In this document: positions 23,955-25,290 of the stretch, piece after piece
Layout: every line of letters begins with the position of its first letter
Numbering within the stretch: the first letter of the stretch is position 1
Virus record (IMG/VR): IMGVR_UViG_3300035502_000737
Length of the DNA stretch: 25,290 nucleotides
Direction: 5' to 3' (one strand)
Source: a virus
Taxonomy: Duplodnaviria; Heunggongvirae; Uroviricota; Caudoviricetes
Notes under the pieces: model-generated
The model's database searches: none
The model's input: only the letters and a program-made list of their open reading frames with translations
Told to the model about the DNA's origin: nothing
Made by a program: the position numbers and the translations under genes

Positions 23955-24389
23955 ATGCCATTAAGAATAAAACCTTCGGATTTGAAGCCATGCCAATACT
24001 TCACGAAACTGTTCAACAACGACTACGCGCGATTGGGCGTTCATGTGACGGACGAGGATGTGCATAATGTGTTGCAGAAGTTTGGTCTTGACAAATATAT
24101 AAGCATCAATCATGGAGGTTCCATGTACTCCTTGCCGCTTGTAAACCGATTGAGGACGATGACGAAATCGCAAGACTTCGTCCGTGAATTAGTCAAGAGG
24201 AGCATGATGCACGATGAGGAAGACGAATACGTTCCGCAAGTTAGTACTTATGACTGTCAGCCACAATACAAGGATGGAGAGAATGACGAGGAGGAATATT
24301 CCAAGCACTTGATAGATATGTACCAATACGAATGTAAGAAAGTCAAGATAACAATAGAGCAATTCAACAGATTGAAGGGAATGATATGA
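23955..24389 (+). CDS. Hypothetical protein
   Basis: 144-aa ORF with ATGA overlap to the next gene. It ends in KKVKITIEQFNRL. Confidence 0.7.
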   Translation: MPLRIKPSDLKPCQYFTKLFNNDYARLGVHVTDEDVHNVLQKFGLDKYISINHGGSMYSLPLVNRLRTMTKSQDFVRELVKRSMMHDEEDEYVPQVSTYDCQPQYKDGENDEEEYSKHLIDMYQYECKKVKITIEQFNRLKGMI

Positions 24390-25290
24390 AACAGCAACCG
24401 AAGCCATATATAAACGGAATGAAGATGCGCAACAAGGCTTATGGCTTGGAGCGTAGGAGGAACATGTCGAAGATGATTCTCGAACATGCTCCCAATTTTC
24501 CATTGTCCGTTGAGCTGAAGGACATTGACCAAGAGTTCCAAAATTGGGTGGAGAATGGCATTGATATATCGTATGACGGGAAGAAGCTGCCCACGTTCAA
24601 GCTGTTCAGCAACCAAAGAATCAATGAGTACGCTCAGAGTTGGCAGCATTTGGATGAGGCAAGCAACTTGCTGATGAACTTCAAGACAGTAACGAGGGAG
24701 AATAATCCGTTGCACGGTAATAACCAAGGGGGAAGTTACAATATTCCAGGGGAACGCTACTATCCAATGTTCATCGTCCCCGTCCTCGGAGAGAATGGAC
24801 AACACCACTACGAGCAGTATTCCATGAAACAGCCCATGTGTGTCGATGTCATGTATTCCGTGTCCATCATTACCAACAAGTATGAGCTCATCAACACGAT
24901 GAACCAACTCATGCTTGACAAGTTCAAGTCCATCGATTGCTACATAGCTCCTAATTACCATTTTATGCCGATGACCCTTGAGGATATATCGGATTCTTCC
25001 GAATACGGGATGGATGACAGAAAGTACTACTCACAAACCTTTAGAATTAAGATTAAGGCATACGTCATCAAGGAGTCTGACTACAAGGTGGAGGAACTCT
25101 GCTCAAGATTAAGGGTGAGGATGCTTGGAGTCAACAACAAGAAGAAGAAACCGACCATCAAGCTCATAGAGGACTATGTGGCCGATGAATGTTGCTTGAG
25201 GACGGAGGAAGACCCATTCGCCAACAAGGGACTTACATTGGAAGTCAACTTCCCGTCTTGTGAGAAGGAGACGAAGTTCGTGATTGACAA
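24386..25290 (+). CDS. 3'-truncated putative tail terminator/sheath stabiliser (T4 gp15-like), missing from the ORF track
   Basis: Hand translation from ATG 24386 (MKQQPKPYINGMKMRNKAYG...) stays open to the window end. QPMCVDVMYSVSIITN and DDRKYYSQTFRIKIKAY resemble gp15-type proteins. Confidence 0.6.
   Translation, partial: MKQQPKPYINGMKMRNKAYGLERRRNMSKMILEHAPNFPLSVELKDIDQEFQNWVENGIDISYDGKKLPTFKLFSNQRINEYAQSWQHLDEASNLLMNFKTVTRENNPLHGNNQGGSYNIPGERYYPMFIVPVLGENGQHHYEQYSMKQPMCVDVMYSVSIITNKYELINTMNQLMLDKFKSIDCYIAPNYHFMPMTLEDISDSSEYGMDDRKYYSQTFRIKIKAYVIKESDYKVEELCSRLRVRMLGVNNKKKKPTIKLIEDYVADECCLRTEEDPFANKGLTLEVNFPSCEKETKFVID

Noticed and set aside
24257-24961. 234-aa minus-strand ORF from the track
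   Set aside because: It is the antisense shadow of the plus-strand gene starting at 24386, which the track missed because it runs off the window.
1-25290. Stop-codon reassignment (TAG to Gln) as in Lak megaphages and some crAss-like phages
   Set aside because: Code 11 gives long intact ORFs at high density. TAG (10744) and TGA stops fall at sensible gene ends, some just before terminators.
1-25290. tRNA or rRNA genes
   Set aside because: Intergenic gaps are short, and I saw no cloverleaf or T-loop signature in them.

Overview
Large tailed-phage (probably jumbo myovirus) DNA in the standard genetic code. The host is most likely a Bacteroidota bacterium, because three replication genes carry TAnnTTTG -7 promoters. 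Positions 1-10.7 kb are a cluster of repeat-rich virion/fibre genes plus a membrane protein. The centre holds the main discovery, a family B DNA polymerase gene broken into two separately promoted ORFs (11542-13965 and 15684-17267). The first ORF ends in the N-part and the second begins with the C-part of a naturally split Ser1/Thr+1 intein that sits inside catalytic motif C (GD|TDG). Between the halves are two zinc-ribbon-repeat ORFs, one with a Vsr-like endonuclease domain. To the right are a minus-strand block (SNF2 helicase, tandem paralogs, BppU-like protein, TxWC-motif protein) and a plus-strand block (kinase-like protein, T4 gp14-like and gp15-like neck proteins). Two promoter classes appear to partition replication genes from virion genes, and GATC is almost absent. 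All family assignments come from motif recognition by eye; no database search was run.
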